Origin: Vicugna vicugna | Taxonomy: Eukaryota | Direction: 5' to 3' | DNA length: 64,000 bases | NCBI GenBank assembly: GCA_013265495.1 | Contig: MU059781.1 | Span: forward strand, 1,897,667 to 1,961,666 | Shown here: piece after piece, positions 48,408-62,109 of the stretch | How the letters are laid out: every line of letters begins with the position of its first letter | How positions within the stretch are numbered: position 1 is the first letter of the stretch | Made by a program: the position numbers and the translations under genes | The notes under the pieces: model-generated | Seen by the model: the letters and a program-made list of their open reading frames with translations, nothing else | What the model was told of the DNA's origin: nothing | Databases searched by the model: none

Positions 48408-51229
48408 CTGAAAAATAAAGTCATTTCAAAAACAGTCAAGTTGCCTGGCAGGCAGCTGAGACATCTCCACACAAAGACAGGAAAGAAAGACCAGACAAAT
48501 GGTTTGAGTCACCCCAAGGATAATGAGGACGATATGGCTGGAAGCAAGGAAGTTTAAAAAAAAAAACCCAATGACAGACAACTTCCTTGATAATATCGAT
48601 AATAATTTATATGGGCCTCTGAAGAGCCAGCTAATGAGAACTATTGTCCTCAGTTACAGTAACATAACCTACACAGATTCCAAGACATTAGTTGTTTTTG
48701 TCATCTTAAAAAGAATTCTCCTGTATCAGCAAAGGTAACAGGTACAGAAAACTGTAAATGTAACGAATTTAGAGGTGGGAAAAACACGGGAAAATTCAGT
48801 TTAAAAACAACCCTGAATCTCTTTTTTTTCCCCCCATAGCTGGACTCTGGTCCGAACAACCTGGACAGTTTCCTCAATTCTCAACTTGGCTATGCCTGGA
48901 AGTCGCAGCTTTACTTTGAAAGAGAATCTGAGACCCAATTAGTGGCTGTTTTCTTTCTTTAAAGATAAATTTTAAATAAATATTTGTTGAACAAAATGAC
49001 TTGGGTTCCAATTAATTTTTCCTAGGCTATATGACATGTGCTTGTACTACAGGGATGACAGAATTGAGGCCGAAAAGATCTTATTCGTGTATGTATTTTT
49101 TCAAAGTCACCCGGCAAATTCTAAGATACACGACAGTAACAACAACTAGGAAAAAAGCAAAAAACCCAACAAACGAGAATCTGAAATCTGGTCTTGCCTC
49201 GAGAAAGGGAGCAATGACTTTTCTAGTTGGGTTTCTACTACCAAAATTTTTCAGTTACTTAAATCTTTCTGACCACAGACCCCGAGGTCTGGCTCCTGCC
49301 AGCGGACGTGGGTGCCTGAGAACTTAGGCTTCCCCGGGCCTTGGGTCTCAAGGAAGGAAGGCCCAGTCGCGTCCACGCCACCCGAGCAGGGTCCACAGCA
49401 CACTTTCACAGCCCACCTGGCCTTCCCAGCTTCCACCCCAAACTCACTACCGACCCTGACCCGTCACGAGGGGTGTATTCAGATCCCTCCCTGGGGCTGC
49501 TGTGAGACTTCAACGTGACGGTTTTCACAAGAGCTTCATATACGGTCAAGTGACATGTTCAAATACAAATATTCATGTTCACACATACGTACATACATGT
49601 GAATGTTCATACGCACTGTTCAAGTGTTGTGATTATTATTAAGACCTTTAACTACAAAGGGCGCATACTTTGTCTCCTATATTTTTAAAATTGCAGCCCT
49701 TATTAAGGGCCCTGAATTTCCAGTTTTAAATAGATTCTTTCAAAGATGTGCAGAGCCCCACCTGAGGGCATTTCACAGATGCTTCCTGCGGATCTCAGGA
49801 GGGGTTTGAATAGAGAATGGCACCCACCAATCTTCCTCCCCACTCCAAGCTTCCAAACCCAGATTTAGCCTCCTTGGGGTCCAAGGGGATAGGGCCTCAC
49901 TCCGCCTTCTTGGGGCAGCTCTTTGGAGGCAGACCCGGCACCCCAAACTGCTCAGTTCTACCTCCAGAATGACTGTTAAGAGTCTGCAGCCGCCCAAGGT
50001 CCCCAACTGTCTCACACACAACAGAAGGTTCTAGAAACATGTAATCACTGGAAAGAAGAGAATCTCTGAAAGATAAGGGTGTGCTTCCACTGGTTTCTGG
50101 GCAGGACCAAGTGTTTAGGAGCATCCTCACACTCTCGCCCCATTTCCCCTGCAAATGCAGACCTTCCTGGACCCACCAGTCTGAGGGCAGGGGGCCAAGA
50201 ACTAGACTGTGAAGGTAACTTCCTACCTCCCCAGCGGCTGGATGCTGGTACAGGTCCCAGCTCAGAGGAAGGATGACCCCGAGCTGCTCCCTGCGTCCCA
50301 TTCCTGCAGAAACAGGTGCTGTTGCCCTCAGGTTTGGGCACAAAATTCCCCATCCTGCTGGAGCCAGAAGTCAGCAAAAGGGGCCAAGGTGACTGTCAGC
50401 ACCAGTAATCACTATGGTGCAGCAGCCTGTACCCATCACCCCAGACAGGCTGGAAACGGGCAGGTGGTGATGACTGCCACACCTGCCGCAGCTGAACTGA
50501 GGTTCTTCTGGACACCTAGCAGAGATGGCCTAGGTCCTTACTTCTAGGATACCAGGTAACCCCAGGCAAAGTGGAAAACTCCTCAGCCTAAACCCTCTCA
50601 CTGCAAACGCCCAGTTCTTGGAGTTCAAGGTGGATACAGAAACTAACTTATTAACTGTGAGGTGAAAAGCAAGACTTTTAACAGGATAACTTAACAGAGG
50701 TGCTTTATTTTGATATCAGCACCCAATTCTAACTGCATATGCTACTGACATAGTCCTTCCATCAGTGAGCTGTTTGTTGCCTTGTGCTTTTTTTTAAGCA
50801 TTCAGCTACCCCCCACCCCCCAAATCTAAGAAAGGCTTTAAGAGAATTGTGGCGTTAGCAACAATTGCCAAGGAAACTGTAAGACTAAGCACTCAGGTTG
50901 TGGCAGGTTAAGCAAAGCAGGAATTAATTTCAAAGCTGCCTGCATTAACGTGTAAGTACTCATTCAAAACCATACATTTTAAGTGGTGCAAAATTAAATT
51001 AGGATAGAATTAAATTAATAACTAATTTAATGAAAGTTTAGCTCTTTCTTGTTAGCACTGATTACAGGATACATTTAATTATGCAAAAGGTTTTTAATAG
51101 ATGCCTTGGAGCAGTTTGTTCTTCTGTATGCTGAGCTTAGAAGCAAGTTGGGCTAATAGCCTTCCGCCTCCACATTTCCCAAAACATTTCAGCGTCATTA
51201 CTGGTACATTCATTACTGGTACATACAGA

Positions 51230-51400
51230 ATCTGGAAAGGACCTCAGAGAACAGCTGATCTGCCCCTCCCATTTTACAGATGGGAAAACCAAGGCCCCAG
51301 AGTAGGTAAGTGAATTTCTAAAGCCATGTAACCAGTTAGGAGAAGAATTGGGCCAAGAATTCAAGTCCCCTGTCTCCCAAACTAACATCCCTTCTGCTAT
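51230..51400 (-). mobile_element. MIR fragment
   Basis: ccattttacagatgggaaaaccaaggccccagag core. Confidence 0.75.
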
Positions 51401-53076
51401 TTTTATTCCTTAGGAACAAGTAAGTCTTTAAGTAAATATTACAATTTTTTAAATCAAAAAGGTCCATTAAAGAAAATAAAGACTTCGTAACCTGCTCCAC
51501 TCCCTTGATTTCTGACTTATTTTTTAAACTTCATGTTTACACAAGATTTGTTGGAAATTAAGAACAGTATTCTGTGAGCAAGTTGGAGGAAGTTACAGTG
51601 AGTACAGATAAGCCGTTTTTGCTCTGCTCGTTTGTGCTGTCACAGGACGGGGGGCTGGAGGGCAGAGGACCAGCCAAGGCGGATGTGAGAGGCGGACACA
51701 GGGCTGATGGGCCAGGAGCACAGCGAACAGCCCCCGCTCCGGCCCCCCGCCCAGCCTGAATCCCTGAGGAGGGAGCAGTTCATAGCCTGTGACTTTTTTT
51801 AACATAGTTTCCTTGACTGTGGCTCCTTGAAGCCTCTCCAAACCCCAGGGCCTTTGCAGTTCTGTTCACTGATTGGCACTGATTGTGCTCCAATGCCAAA
51901 GCCACTGACATTTCCCCCTCACTCTCGCTGACTACTTTGGGCCACTTGCACAGGGCCATGTGGCACACAGCCACATGCCACTCAGCCTAAGATGGTCCCA
52001 GAGGTTATGTATGTTTTCTAAAACACTTTAAAAGTGGAAATTGGACTGTCTGGCCTTGACTTTCTCCTTGGAAAGATGTCAGTGATGAGAGTCATAGTCA
52101 CTGATGCTCCTGATCACATCCCAGCCCTCTCTGTGCTCCACCCTTTGTCCAGACAGTGTGTGGACATGACCTGTAGCCTGGGAGTGAAGCTCCGGGCAGG
52201 GAAGAAGCCAGCTCCAAGGCGAGATGTCTCCCTCCACATCAGCTCCCTACCAGGCTGAAAGGGAGGAGGAGCCAGGGACTTTGGGTCTGGCCAGCGGCCA
52301 AAGCACGAGGGGTGCAGATGTGGGTTCCAGAGGGGCTGGCACAAGTGGCCTCCCCCTCTGCAGCCTGCCATGCAGTCCCTGTGGAGCCACAGCTTCCGAT
52401 CACACCCCACAGGGTCCCACCTCGCCTCAGCTCCTCCTGCAGGGAAGAGCTCCCCACCCTGCCAGCCCAGCTGCAGGAGGCGTGGCGTGTGCCTCCCGCA
52501 CTCAAGGAGGGCCGGGTGGACCGCGGTGCAGAGGGGCCGGTGGGGAGATACAGCACTACAGGAAGGAGAGCTGCCAGTCAGAGGCTCGGCACAGCTCAGC
52601 AACTGCTGTCACCCAAAAAATGATGCCTTGAAAGCACTTTTCTAATCCAGAGGGAGAAATGGATGCTTTCAGCCCCGAGGCAGCACTGATAGTGATCCTA
52701 ATCAAGTTCCCCAACCAACACCTGGCTGCAGAGGAACACTGCAGGCACCTGCTAATGAAGTCAGGGACTGTGACAACTGCATCACCGCTTCTGGGAAAGC
52801 TGGGGCTGCGACGCGCTCTCCTTCATCAACAGCAATTTTCAAAATGAACGGGAAATAGCACCCGAATTTGCATGCAAACTGCACTACTCTGTTACATAAT
52901 TGGGATTTCATAGTTCCAATGTTCCAAAGTGTTTGGTTTCCAAACAAGTCTGGGGATCAGATTGTAACTTTTAAAATTCAATTCTGTAGATCAAGAACTT
53001 AAAAAAAAAAACCCAAACTTTGGCCGTCTTGTATTGCAGACCATTCACATAACATAAATGCAACCCCAAAACTCAC

Positions 53077-53148
53077 CTCCGTAGAGGGGCGTTCTCCTCA
53101 ATATCTTCTAGGGTCTCCAAGGATGATCTCTGGGAGATGAGGCGACGT
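53077..53148 (-). CDS. CABLES1: CABLES1 exon 2 (72 nt, phase 2/2): (R)RRLISQRSSLETLEDIEENAPLR(R)
   Basis: Acceptor ttctctctgcag|ACGTCGC, donor CGGAG|gtgagt; translation matches recalled CABLES1. Confidence 0.96.
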
Positions 53149-54829
53149 CTGCAGAGAGAAGGAAAAAGTCTAGAAGTTAAAACTGCATTTTGAAATGCAT
53201 TGAGCATTTCTGCAAATCTAAAACTATTCTAAAAAAAAAAAAAGTCTGTTAAAAACAAAAATTGGTCAAAACATGTCTTTAAGAGGCTGCCGTATTCCCA
53301 GCCTGTATCCTGAATGCCAAGCACATACTGGTCGGCTGAATCCTGAGCTTTCTCCCTGGTCCTAGGGCTGCTCTGTGGTGATTAGGGAACTGGCAGATTC
53401 TTTTCATGCTGCCAAAAGACAGAACAAGACAAGTTGCCTCTTACTGTATTTAACTCGGGTACCACGCGCACTTTTTCTAAAGCATTAGATAATACCATTA
53501 AGAATTCAATATCAGTGGTCTGAAGCAGGTTAGCTGGTAAATATTACATTTTAAAACTGTATTAAATAAAATCTCAAAGCCCTTAGGAGGCAATAAAAAA
53601 AGACTTATGGTCTCTGGATGGCCATGATTTCAAAAACAACTAGAAACAAGGAAGACGTTATTCCCCTGGGAGTTTCTCAGCGACCAGTGAGCCAGTGAGA
53701 AGATACATCAGGGCACGTGAACTCTTTCCAGCTGCAAACCACCTGCTAAACCCTCTGTAGTCTAGTCTGTTTTGCCAGACTGAAATAAGAATGGGTCCCA
53801 GTTAATTGAGAATATCTAGTAAGGTCGGGTGGTGTTTGGTAATTTCACAGTAAATTAATTTGAAAAAAGACCATCCCTTGATGGAAATGATTTGGTGGGG
53901 ACAGGGGGTGGGCAGAAAAAAATCTGATTGGGTCTTTACCTTGGAAAAAAATGGAACTAAAATTGGAAGGATAAGTTAATTTTGTATTCATCTGACAACA
54001 TTTAGGTTAAGAACAAGCAATTATAACCATGTTCTAATTTGTTTTAGAGAACAAAAAATGAAACAAATATTTTTTGCTTTGTTCTGTGTGTACTTTTTCT
54101 GACCAACTACACTGATACCTTTGGCTTCATGTTTTACTTTGAATAAGACACTCAGAAAGGTCTTTTTTTTGCAAACCATTCGAGGGCTTCAAGGATCTTC
54201 TCAGAGCCTGTCTTCATCTTTTGATATTCAAATCCTTTCTAAAATACTCAGCACACACCTCCCTTCCTTCCTCTCCAATGGAAAACGGGTCTAATTCTCA
54301 GAGACCCTCGTTTGTCCACATGTGAGGACCAAGAGTTCTCCAATATCACCTTCAGTGTCCTCATGACATACTGGACCTTTTGCAAGATCTGCAGTTTCAC
54401 TCTGTAATTAACTTAGACTGAATGTCCATTTCCGTAGTATTGCCAGATTTCCAATTGTCAGCTGGACCGGAGGCAGTGGCTATGGGGAGATACTGGTCTT
54501 AGCCGAGCAGCTGGGGAACTGATTTCACAGGTGGGGATTTGCTAGGTGGCCAATTCATTAGTAACTAGACCTTGTGCAGCCCTGTAACTCTGGGGACTCA
54601 GCTCACAGGACCCCTGTGACAGCACCCTGTGGCTGTGGCTGTGGCTTTGAAGGAACATCCAGGCCATCGGTTGAGGTGCAGCCCCTCCAGTGCCAGGTCT
54701 GGCTGGTACAGAGTCCCAGGCTAGGACGGGGCAGATGCCCATTTAGTCACACTCCCACCCACGATAGCTCTCAGGGATAGGTGCCGCCAGGCTCCCCATT
54801 CAAGAGGCGGTGTGATCCCACAGAGAAGC

Positions 54830-54965
54830 ATGTGTGCTGGGTCAGACAGACTCAGATTTCAGTCCTGGGGTCTGGGGGCTTTGGGGCCTTAAAAAACTCC
54901 TCAATCCCTAAGCCTCAGTTTCCTCATCTATGAAATAGGAAAATGAGAGTAACTAAGAAATGGAG
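54830..54965 (+). mobile_element. MIR fragment
   Basis: ccctaagcctcagtttcctcatctatgaaatagg core. Confidence 0.75.
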
Positions 54966-57900
54966 AGATGTAGCTCCTGGGCTTTTGACAGTCACTCCAG
55001 TTTCTTCCACTGTGGCTGCACCCTGATCTGACCCACACCCCCAAAACCCACCCTGCTCAAGTGACTGGGATCAACTTGGCTGTCCTGGTGCCGGCCACTC
55101 CTCCAACCCCAGCCAGTGGCAAGGTCACTCCAAATCTATGCCTGAGCCAACCTGTGACACGTGCTCCTTCCACCCCTACACCCCCTTCTAAGCATAACTA
55201 ACCTGGGCACATTTGCTGAGGCACTGGCCACCTATAAAATTAGTGCCCCCATGCCTCTGTGCACAGTTCGCACTTAATACCAACATCTCCTCCACAGCCA
55301 GAAGGTAGTGATTAAAATATCTACTCTGTTGATCTCTGGATAATGTTCTGAGTTTTTTAATCAAAAGTGAAATATTAATTTGTGTATGTACATCTAAATT
55401 GTCATTAGAGGTAACATAGGCAGAGATAAACTCATGGGTTTCAGATCCTGAAAATCCCAACAAGTTCTGGCAAACTTTGAGCCTTCCTTTATAGAACAGC
55501 ATTTTCAAGTGACCAGTAAACAGACATTTGACGTTTGGCTCCATCAGTAACCAGGGAGGCTGAGGCAACCGTGCACTTCAAGCTGTCCCTTCCTTCAGTT
55601 ATCCTAACAGAGGTCCACCGGGAAGCTCTGTGGCTGGCTCCTCAGGCAGCAAAGATGCAACCAAAGCTCCCAGCAAAGGCCAAGCTCACCCACCTGATCA
55701 CAACTGCGAGCCTGGCCTGCTGGGAACACAAAGCTGACCCCGGCCTGACCCCTGTCCTCAAGGAGCTCATGTTCAAGGGGGAATCCGTGGGACAACCAGC
55801 AGGGAATTCCAGTAACAATCCCTCGAGCTACTCTGGGATTTGGGACTGCCTCCCCCACTCCCACCCCAAAGACAGCATGCCAGCCTTCCAGCTGAAAATG
55901 CCAAGTGAACCTGTGGAGGACACACCTGTGGGGCCCCATGGGCTCCCGTCCAGCATTCAGACCAGGGGTGGGTCACCCTAGAAAACTAGTCCATTTACAA
56001 AAGCACACAGTCTGACAATTCCCCCACTTAAAAGTCACAGCCAGCAATTTCTACGCTGGAAAAGGCAGGTGCCATTTGGAAGATAATCAAAGTAGAATAC
56101 ATCTTTCTATCCTTTATAAGGACTTGTTTTGTTTTTTTTTTAAGCCAGAGCATTTGATAGCCTCTTCATGAGTTGAACAGTATAGATTCTCTCTCACACA
56201 CAAAGAGGTACTTAAGGTCTGGAGTCCTTAAAGGGAAAAGAAATCCAAAAACCAATTGCCCACCTGTTCCTTTAAATTCAGCAGATGTGCGTCCCCTCTT
56301 CATGAACGGAACCAAGCAATATATCCTTTGAGACGCACACACAGAGCTGGGGAAGAACTACCACGGATCATTGGAGAGAAAGCGTCACAAGGTACCAGGT
56401 AAACAAAGATGCGATGCCTGTCTTTCCTGCCACGAGGGCGTGCCCTGTGGTGATAGCTCATCTCTGCTTCTGCTACCTTTCGAGATCCTTCCAAGCTATG
56501 TAATAACCTCTCCCCTTGCCTTCTGTCCTCAGAAAGCCCACAATGAATGGGAAGGTTAAGGGCGGGTGGCCAACCTCCACCAGGCCCTTTTCACCCTGCA
56601 ATCTGCCCCACAAACCAAGTCCATTACTGTCTACACTTCTTACCTTCGGGCACAGGTAACAAGCAGGGGCCTTTGCATGTCTTCATGATTGATGAGGAAT
56701 ACTTAGCCTTGGACCCAAATAGCATCCCCCTTATTAACCAAGCAGACGTTCGGTAAGAGCCCAAGCACGATGCGTTGACATCACCAAATGGAAGAGCCTA
56801 TGACTGGTCCTCAGAGTGAGTCCTCAGCAGCAGGGCCCCCATCTTGTCTGACAATTACAATCTGGGCCTTTCCACACTGGCCACTTTTGAGGCTGATGTG
56901 GTTGACCTTCAATGCTCACATCTAAGTCTGCCTCCCTAAAGCCCCTAGATCCATTTCAGAGTATTATCTTTTGAATGCTGGACTCTGCCTAGGATGACTG
57001 CCTGTCTGGATATACCTACCAAATTGTCATTTGGGCTAACAATTCCTTGCAGTGCAAGTCAAAGAGTGCCCCTGGGGTCCAGCTGGACCACCTGATCCAG
57101 AACAACCCCTTTATGGGGTGACCCTGGGGCAGCAGCTTGGCCCAAAATTCAACGTCAGGCAGTGGGCACCACAGGGGACAGCTCTGGCCTGAGAGTGAGA
57201 ACCAACATGGGATTGGGAAGGTGACCCGCTGGCCTCAGCATTAGTGTCAAACAAGAAAGTCAGGCTGGGTCAATGCTCTCCACCCTGGCTGCACGCTGGG
57301 ACCCCCAGGGAACATTAAAAATCTCTGGGAGCAAAGCACAGGCTCTGAGAGCAAGAAGAGACCCTGGCTATCTGGGCCCACCATCACTCTCCTCACAAAA
57401 AGGCCACTTAACTGTGTGGCTCTGGCCCTCCATGTAAGGAACTCCCTTCCTGGCTGTCTGATGGGCCACTGGAAGGCACGGTTATGTGTTCACAGGTGTA
57501 CAGGTGACAGGCAAGCTGAGGTCATAATTACTTCAGATCCCTTCAGACAGGTATGATGACCAAAACCACAAGCAAACAAAATCGCCAACCACGAAAATAA
57601 CTTCTTACTACAGTCACGAGACACCCACACATATGACGTCGCTTTGTTACCTGTGTCTGTCTCCCACTGACCACCTCCATCCCTGAGGCAGAACTGAACC
57701 ACGCCAGCCAGTGAGCTGCTCAGGGAGGGGCCTGCTCTCCTCACCCACAGAGACCCAGGGCTTAGCAAACAGTAGGCACGAGATCAAGGCGGGCTGAATA
57801 AACAAGGAACTCCAGCACTGGCGGGGGGGTGTTTGTGGGTTCTCCCAGAGCCCCTGACCTTCCACTCAGTGCTTTTCTCTACACAATTATTCCTGGGCCC

Positions 57901-59744
57901 TCTGCATTCAACATACCGGGTCCCAGTCTGATCATCAGAGGCCCAGAAATCACCCTCAGAAAGCTTCCCAGCGCCTCACCACAGCAGGAAGTAGGGGGAG
58001 GCAGAAGACCCTCATCGTGCAGGAGGTGGGGTCGGGGGGGAGACAGGACAGTGCCCCCAGCACCGCTGAGCAGCTCACAGGAGGAAGGCATTGTGATCTG
58101 TTAAAAATGGATTTCTTCTGTTTGAATTTTTTTCCCAATGGATTTTTCCCCAGCTTTTGTGACTATGAAGAGTAATAGGTCTCAGTGTAAAAAAAATTTA
58201 AATTAGGAAATGTTATGAAGTAGAAACTGCGGAAATGACCTGCAAACCCCAGGACCAGAGAGCACCCTCTAAGAGTTTGATGTGTGTCCTTTTAGATTTG
58301 TTCCTACTTCCATATCTACTTGTAAAAGTAAATACATAGATTTTTTTTTTACAAGTAGATATATAGTCTGGGTTTGAAACCATGAAAAGAACAAGTGGTT
58401 GCTTTTTTAAAAACAAAGGAAGCAGGAAAAGCAACCCGCCTCGGGGTGAAGCTAAACTCTGGTTCCACCACTGGTGACTCGCAGGGTCTGAGCAAGACAG
58501 AAGGAGGGGATCTTGGACAGTGAGCAGCCAAGAGGGAATTCGGGGCCCTCCCCCAGGCTGGGAAGTCACAAAGCTGCCTCCCCAACCAAGACCCAGCAAG
58601 AAAAGGCATGAGTGACACTAACCGAGAGAGCAGAGCTGGCTGTTTAAGCAGGTAGAAAAGCCTCTTGCAAGATGTGATAAGATCCCATCTCCTGGTTCCC
58701 ACGACTGCAAGGAGCCCTGAAGAGAAGAACCTCTAGGATCCAACTTTCACTGATAATCTTTGGTGAAGGTGCTGGTTTTCAAACACCGGACTCTGTCAAA
58801 GCCAAGTGCGATCTCTAACATCGCACTGTTCTCTCCCCCAGTGCTCAGACACGGCTTCAACTTGAGGCCACAGCACTGGGGGCTTGATCTCCAAATTCAG
58901 CAACAAACTTGTGATAACTTTGGTCATGATTTGGCAAATTTTAAAGCCAAGAATCTGGATGCTTCTGCAGCAGAAGTCACATCAGACTGTGTTCCCTGAA
59001 GAAGCAAACAGTTTTGCATTGATACATATGTGTTCACAGATAAAGAAAGAAAAGTCAGCTGTCACCTCTCAACAGAAGCTACAGTCTTAAAGCATAAACA
59101 AACAGCCTTGGCTTCAGCCTGAAGACATGTTTGTCAGATGCATGCTTAGTTCTGCTTTCCGTGGATCTAAAGCTTCATCCAGCAGCAAAGGTGCTGATGG
59201 AACTGAGCGTGGTCCTGCCTTGCTCACCTGGCAGCGGTGAGCTTGTTAGACTGTGGAAGAAATCTCAGAGGAGGGCCACGGAATCTGACATCGCAGTGGC
59301 GCACTGGCGGGGCAGGTCACCAGGCTGGGGAGACTGCAGAGCACCCTGCCTGGACCGGTCAGCCCCTGCGATGCCGTGGAGCAAAGAGCGCACAGCTGCC
59401 CTTGATTATGCAGGAAAAAGAAAAAAAAAAAAACCCTCTCCCAGTAGCAGCATATGCATCTAAAGCCAGATCCACATCCAGCATACAGATGGACACAGTT
59501 CACACCCCTCAGTGGGTCATGGGAGTCTTCCTCAAAAAGGAAGGGAAATAGATGATCTTTAAGAAAAGAAGGGCTGCATAGATCAAGAAACAGACAAAAT
59601 GCTAGGAAAATGATTTTGAATCTGGCTACGTTTTGTTAGAGTCTCCAGCTGATGAATCAGGCAAAAAAATCAAACTGAAATCAGCACGCCCAAGAGTTGC
59701 CAATCAGCTTGTTCAAATAATATGTTTCTACCTTAAAAAATAAT

Positions 59745-59960
59745 TCACCCATTTATTTTCTATTTTTGCAAACACTCATTTATTAATGGTATATATCAAA
59801 TATCAAGTAGCAAGCTGGATGCTGGGACACATGGTGAATAAGATAAACACTGTCCCTGCCCCATGAGATTTAAATTTATGTTCAGGAAGACAGACAGTAA
59901 ACAAATAGAACAATTCAAGTTGTGAAAGAGATTAACACAAAACAGGAAGAAGACAAACCA
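59745..59960 (-). mobile_element. L2 3' end fragment
   Basis: caaacactcatttattaa...gctgggacac...gtccctgccccatgag. Confidence 0.6.
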
Positions 59961-61711
59961 CCTATAACACTGTGGGGGAACTAGCAGGATACGTTTCAGT
60001 CATTTGTAAACGTATTTGGTCCTTGTTTCTACATTTTTATATGCCGGTCAAGAAAGCAACTCTGAATGTTTACAGAGGATACAGAGACCCTCATCTTGCC
60101 CTAGTCTACTTTTGTTTCAAGGTTCTCATCAGACTCGCCAAATCCTGGAAAGCCAAGGTGTGAGGTCATCTTAGTGTTCAGGTCTGTGCAGAAACAGACT
60201 TGTTGGAGGATTTAATAACTGGCCAGGTATTCACTCCCCAGATTCCCCAGCCCACCCTGCCCACCGCGCCCTGCTGATCTTACAAAACACCCTTTTCATC
60301 ATATCATTCCCTAATTTGAAGCCCCACAATGATTCCCTCATGGGAAAAGTTCAAACTCCTCTGACAAAGCGACCAGATGGGGAGGTCAGAAGACAGAGCA
60401 GACACAGCACATGGGGCCATCTTGAAGGCACCTCCCAGTCTCCTCGGGTTACCAGGAATCAAAAGGGCTGGTCCAAGGCCATGAGCTCACAGTGCCGCAT
60501 TCTAACTCCCCCTCAGCCTCGTCCAGCAGGGAAGGGCTTGGCCCTACAGCTGGAGGGAGCAAGTTGGCCAAACGTGCAGAGGAGCACAAACCAAAAGCAG
60601 GTGTACTGGTGGAAAAAAAAACAATCCGGATCCAGAAGGGTTTTGGGTTTTGTGCAGCTGATGAGATAAACGACATTGCTCTTGCAACAGAATGAGCTGG
60701 ATACCCATGGGGGAGGAGGGTGTGACTAGTGGGGGCCAAGCCAGGACACTGTGAGGGTGGAAAGGAAACATAAGCAATGGAAAACCGCTCAAAATAAAAG
60801 AATTGGCTTCATCCTTGGGGAGCAAAGAGCCCTGCCGATCTAACGGAACCAGCCCGAGGAATCCCAGGCCAACCCACATATGATCTGGGCGTGCACCAGA
60901 ATCCAAGGAATCAAGTCCAGGTGTTTCTGTGAAAAGGGTGCCCTGAGCCAGGTGGAGAGGGTGGCTGGGAATCCAGCACCTGGGCCCAGAGTTTAAGGCC
61001 AGAACAAACCTGGTGTGGAGTGTGTGGGAAGCAGGAGAGGGCATGAGTGAGCTCAAAAGGGAGCCAAGATTTAATTGGGCAAGCATCTCCTGGAGAAGGA
61101 ACAACTGGACCAGCATTGGGGGTTCAAGGGGTCAACTCAGGAAGGACTGACCCGTATGCCTTACAGCAGCTGAACAGGATGGAGCTGAACAGGACAGAAC
61201 ACCAGGTTTTGCTAGACACAGAGGAATTCCCCGCAGCAGAGGCAGGGGAGGAGCCTGACAGGAGCCAGACAGGCCCCCAAGCAGATGGCTGAGGTTGGTT
61301 CCAGGAGGAGCTGGCCAGACCCCAAAAGCCAAGCGAACACACAGATGGGTGGGCTGGGGGCTGGCATCACAGTGCGACGGAGCAAACACGTGCACCCGTG
61401 AGCGCGTGTGCACTTGTGCGTGCATTCACGCAGTGTTTCCTTATGATACCAGGACAACAAAGGAGGTGCAGGGCGTGTGGGGGGGAGCGAGATGCAGGCG
61501 CAGAGGGCTGGGGATGCTTCCTTAGACAGAGGCTGACTGCAACCTGCTCTGAGCCTTCCGAAGGCCCACGAGCACCTGAGTCGTGTCGGATGGACCTACG
61601 GCCTCCACTTATCTCCAGCCTCTTCAGGTAGTGTGTCACCCTGGCCCTCTTCTCTGAACCCGGGCCAGGGCCTTCTCTCTCCCTCTGTTTTCTTCCACAA
61701 GTGCCTGTACC

Positions 61712-62109
61712 TTTTTTCCCTTGAAGTATAGTTGATTTCCAATGTTGTGTTAGTTTCAGATGTACAGGAAAGTGATTCAGTTTAAAATACATATTCTTTT
61801 AAAAATTCTTTTCTATTATAGGTTATAACAAGATATTGAACATAGTTCCCTGTGCTATAGAGCAGGACCTTGTTGTTTATCTATTTTATATGTAGTAGAG
61901 TATATATGTTAATTCCAAACTCTTTAATTTATCCCTCCCTGCCTTTCCTCTTTAGTAACTGTAAGTTTGTTTTCTATGTCTGTGAGTTTATTTCTGGTTT
62001 GTAAATAAATTCCTTTGTATCATTTTTTTTAGATTCCAAGTATAAGTGATACCATTATGATATCTGTCTTTCTCTGTCTGACTTAATTCACTAAATATAA
62101 TCTCTAGGT
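61712..62109 (-). mobile_element. Artiodactyl-type LINE-1 3' end (L1_Art-like)
   Basis: gaagtatagttgatt...ggttataacaagatattgaacatagttccctgtgctata...gaccttgttgtttatctattttata. Confidence 0.88.

Larger units (their letters stand above)
1645..53148 (-). other. CABLES1: CABLES1 gene body, exon 2 to 3' end (exon 1 is outside the window, beyond 64000)
   Basis: Nine exons (72, 93, 78, 97, 157, 104, 107, 208 and 141 nt of coding sequence) splice into one open frame. It matches the recalled C-terminal 351 aa of human CABLES1, including the cyclin-box-like domain. The 3' end is inferred from the poly(A) signal. Confidence 0.97.

Noticed and set aside
60544-61116. 190-aa minus-strand ORF in intron 1
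   Set aside because: Low-information Leu/Pro/Ser composition with no family resemblance.
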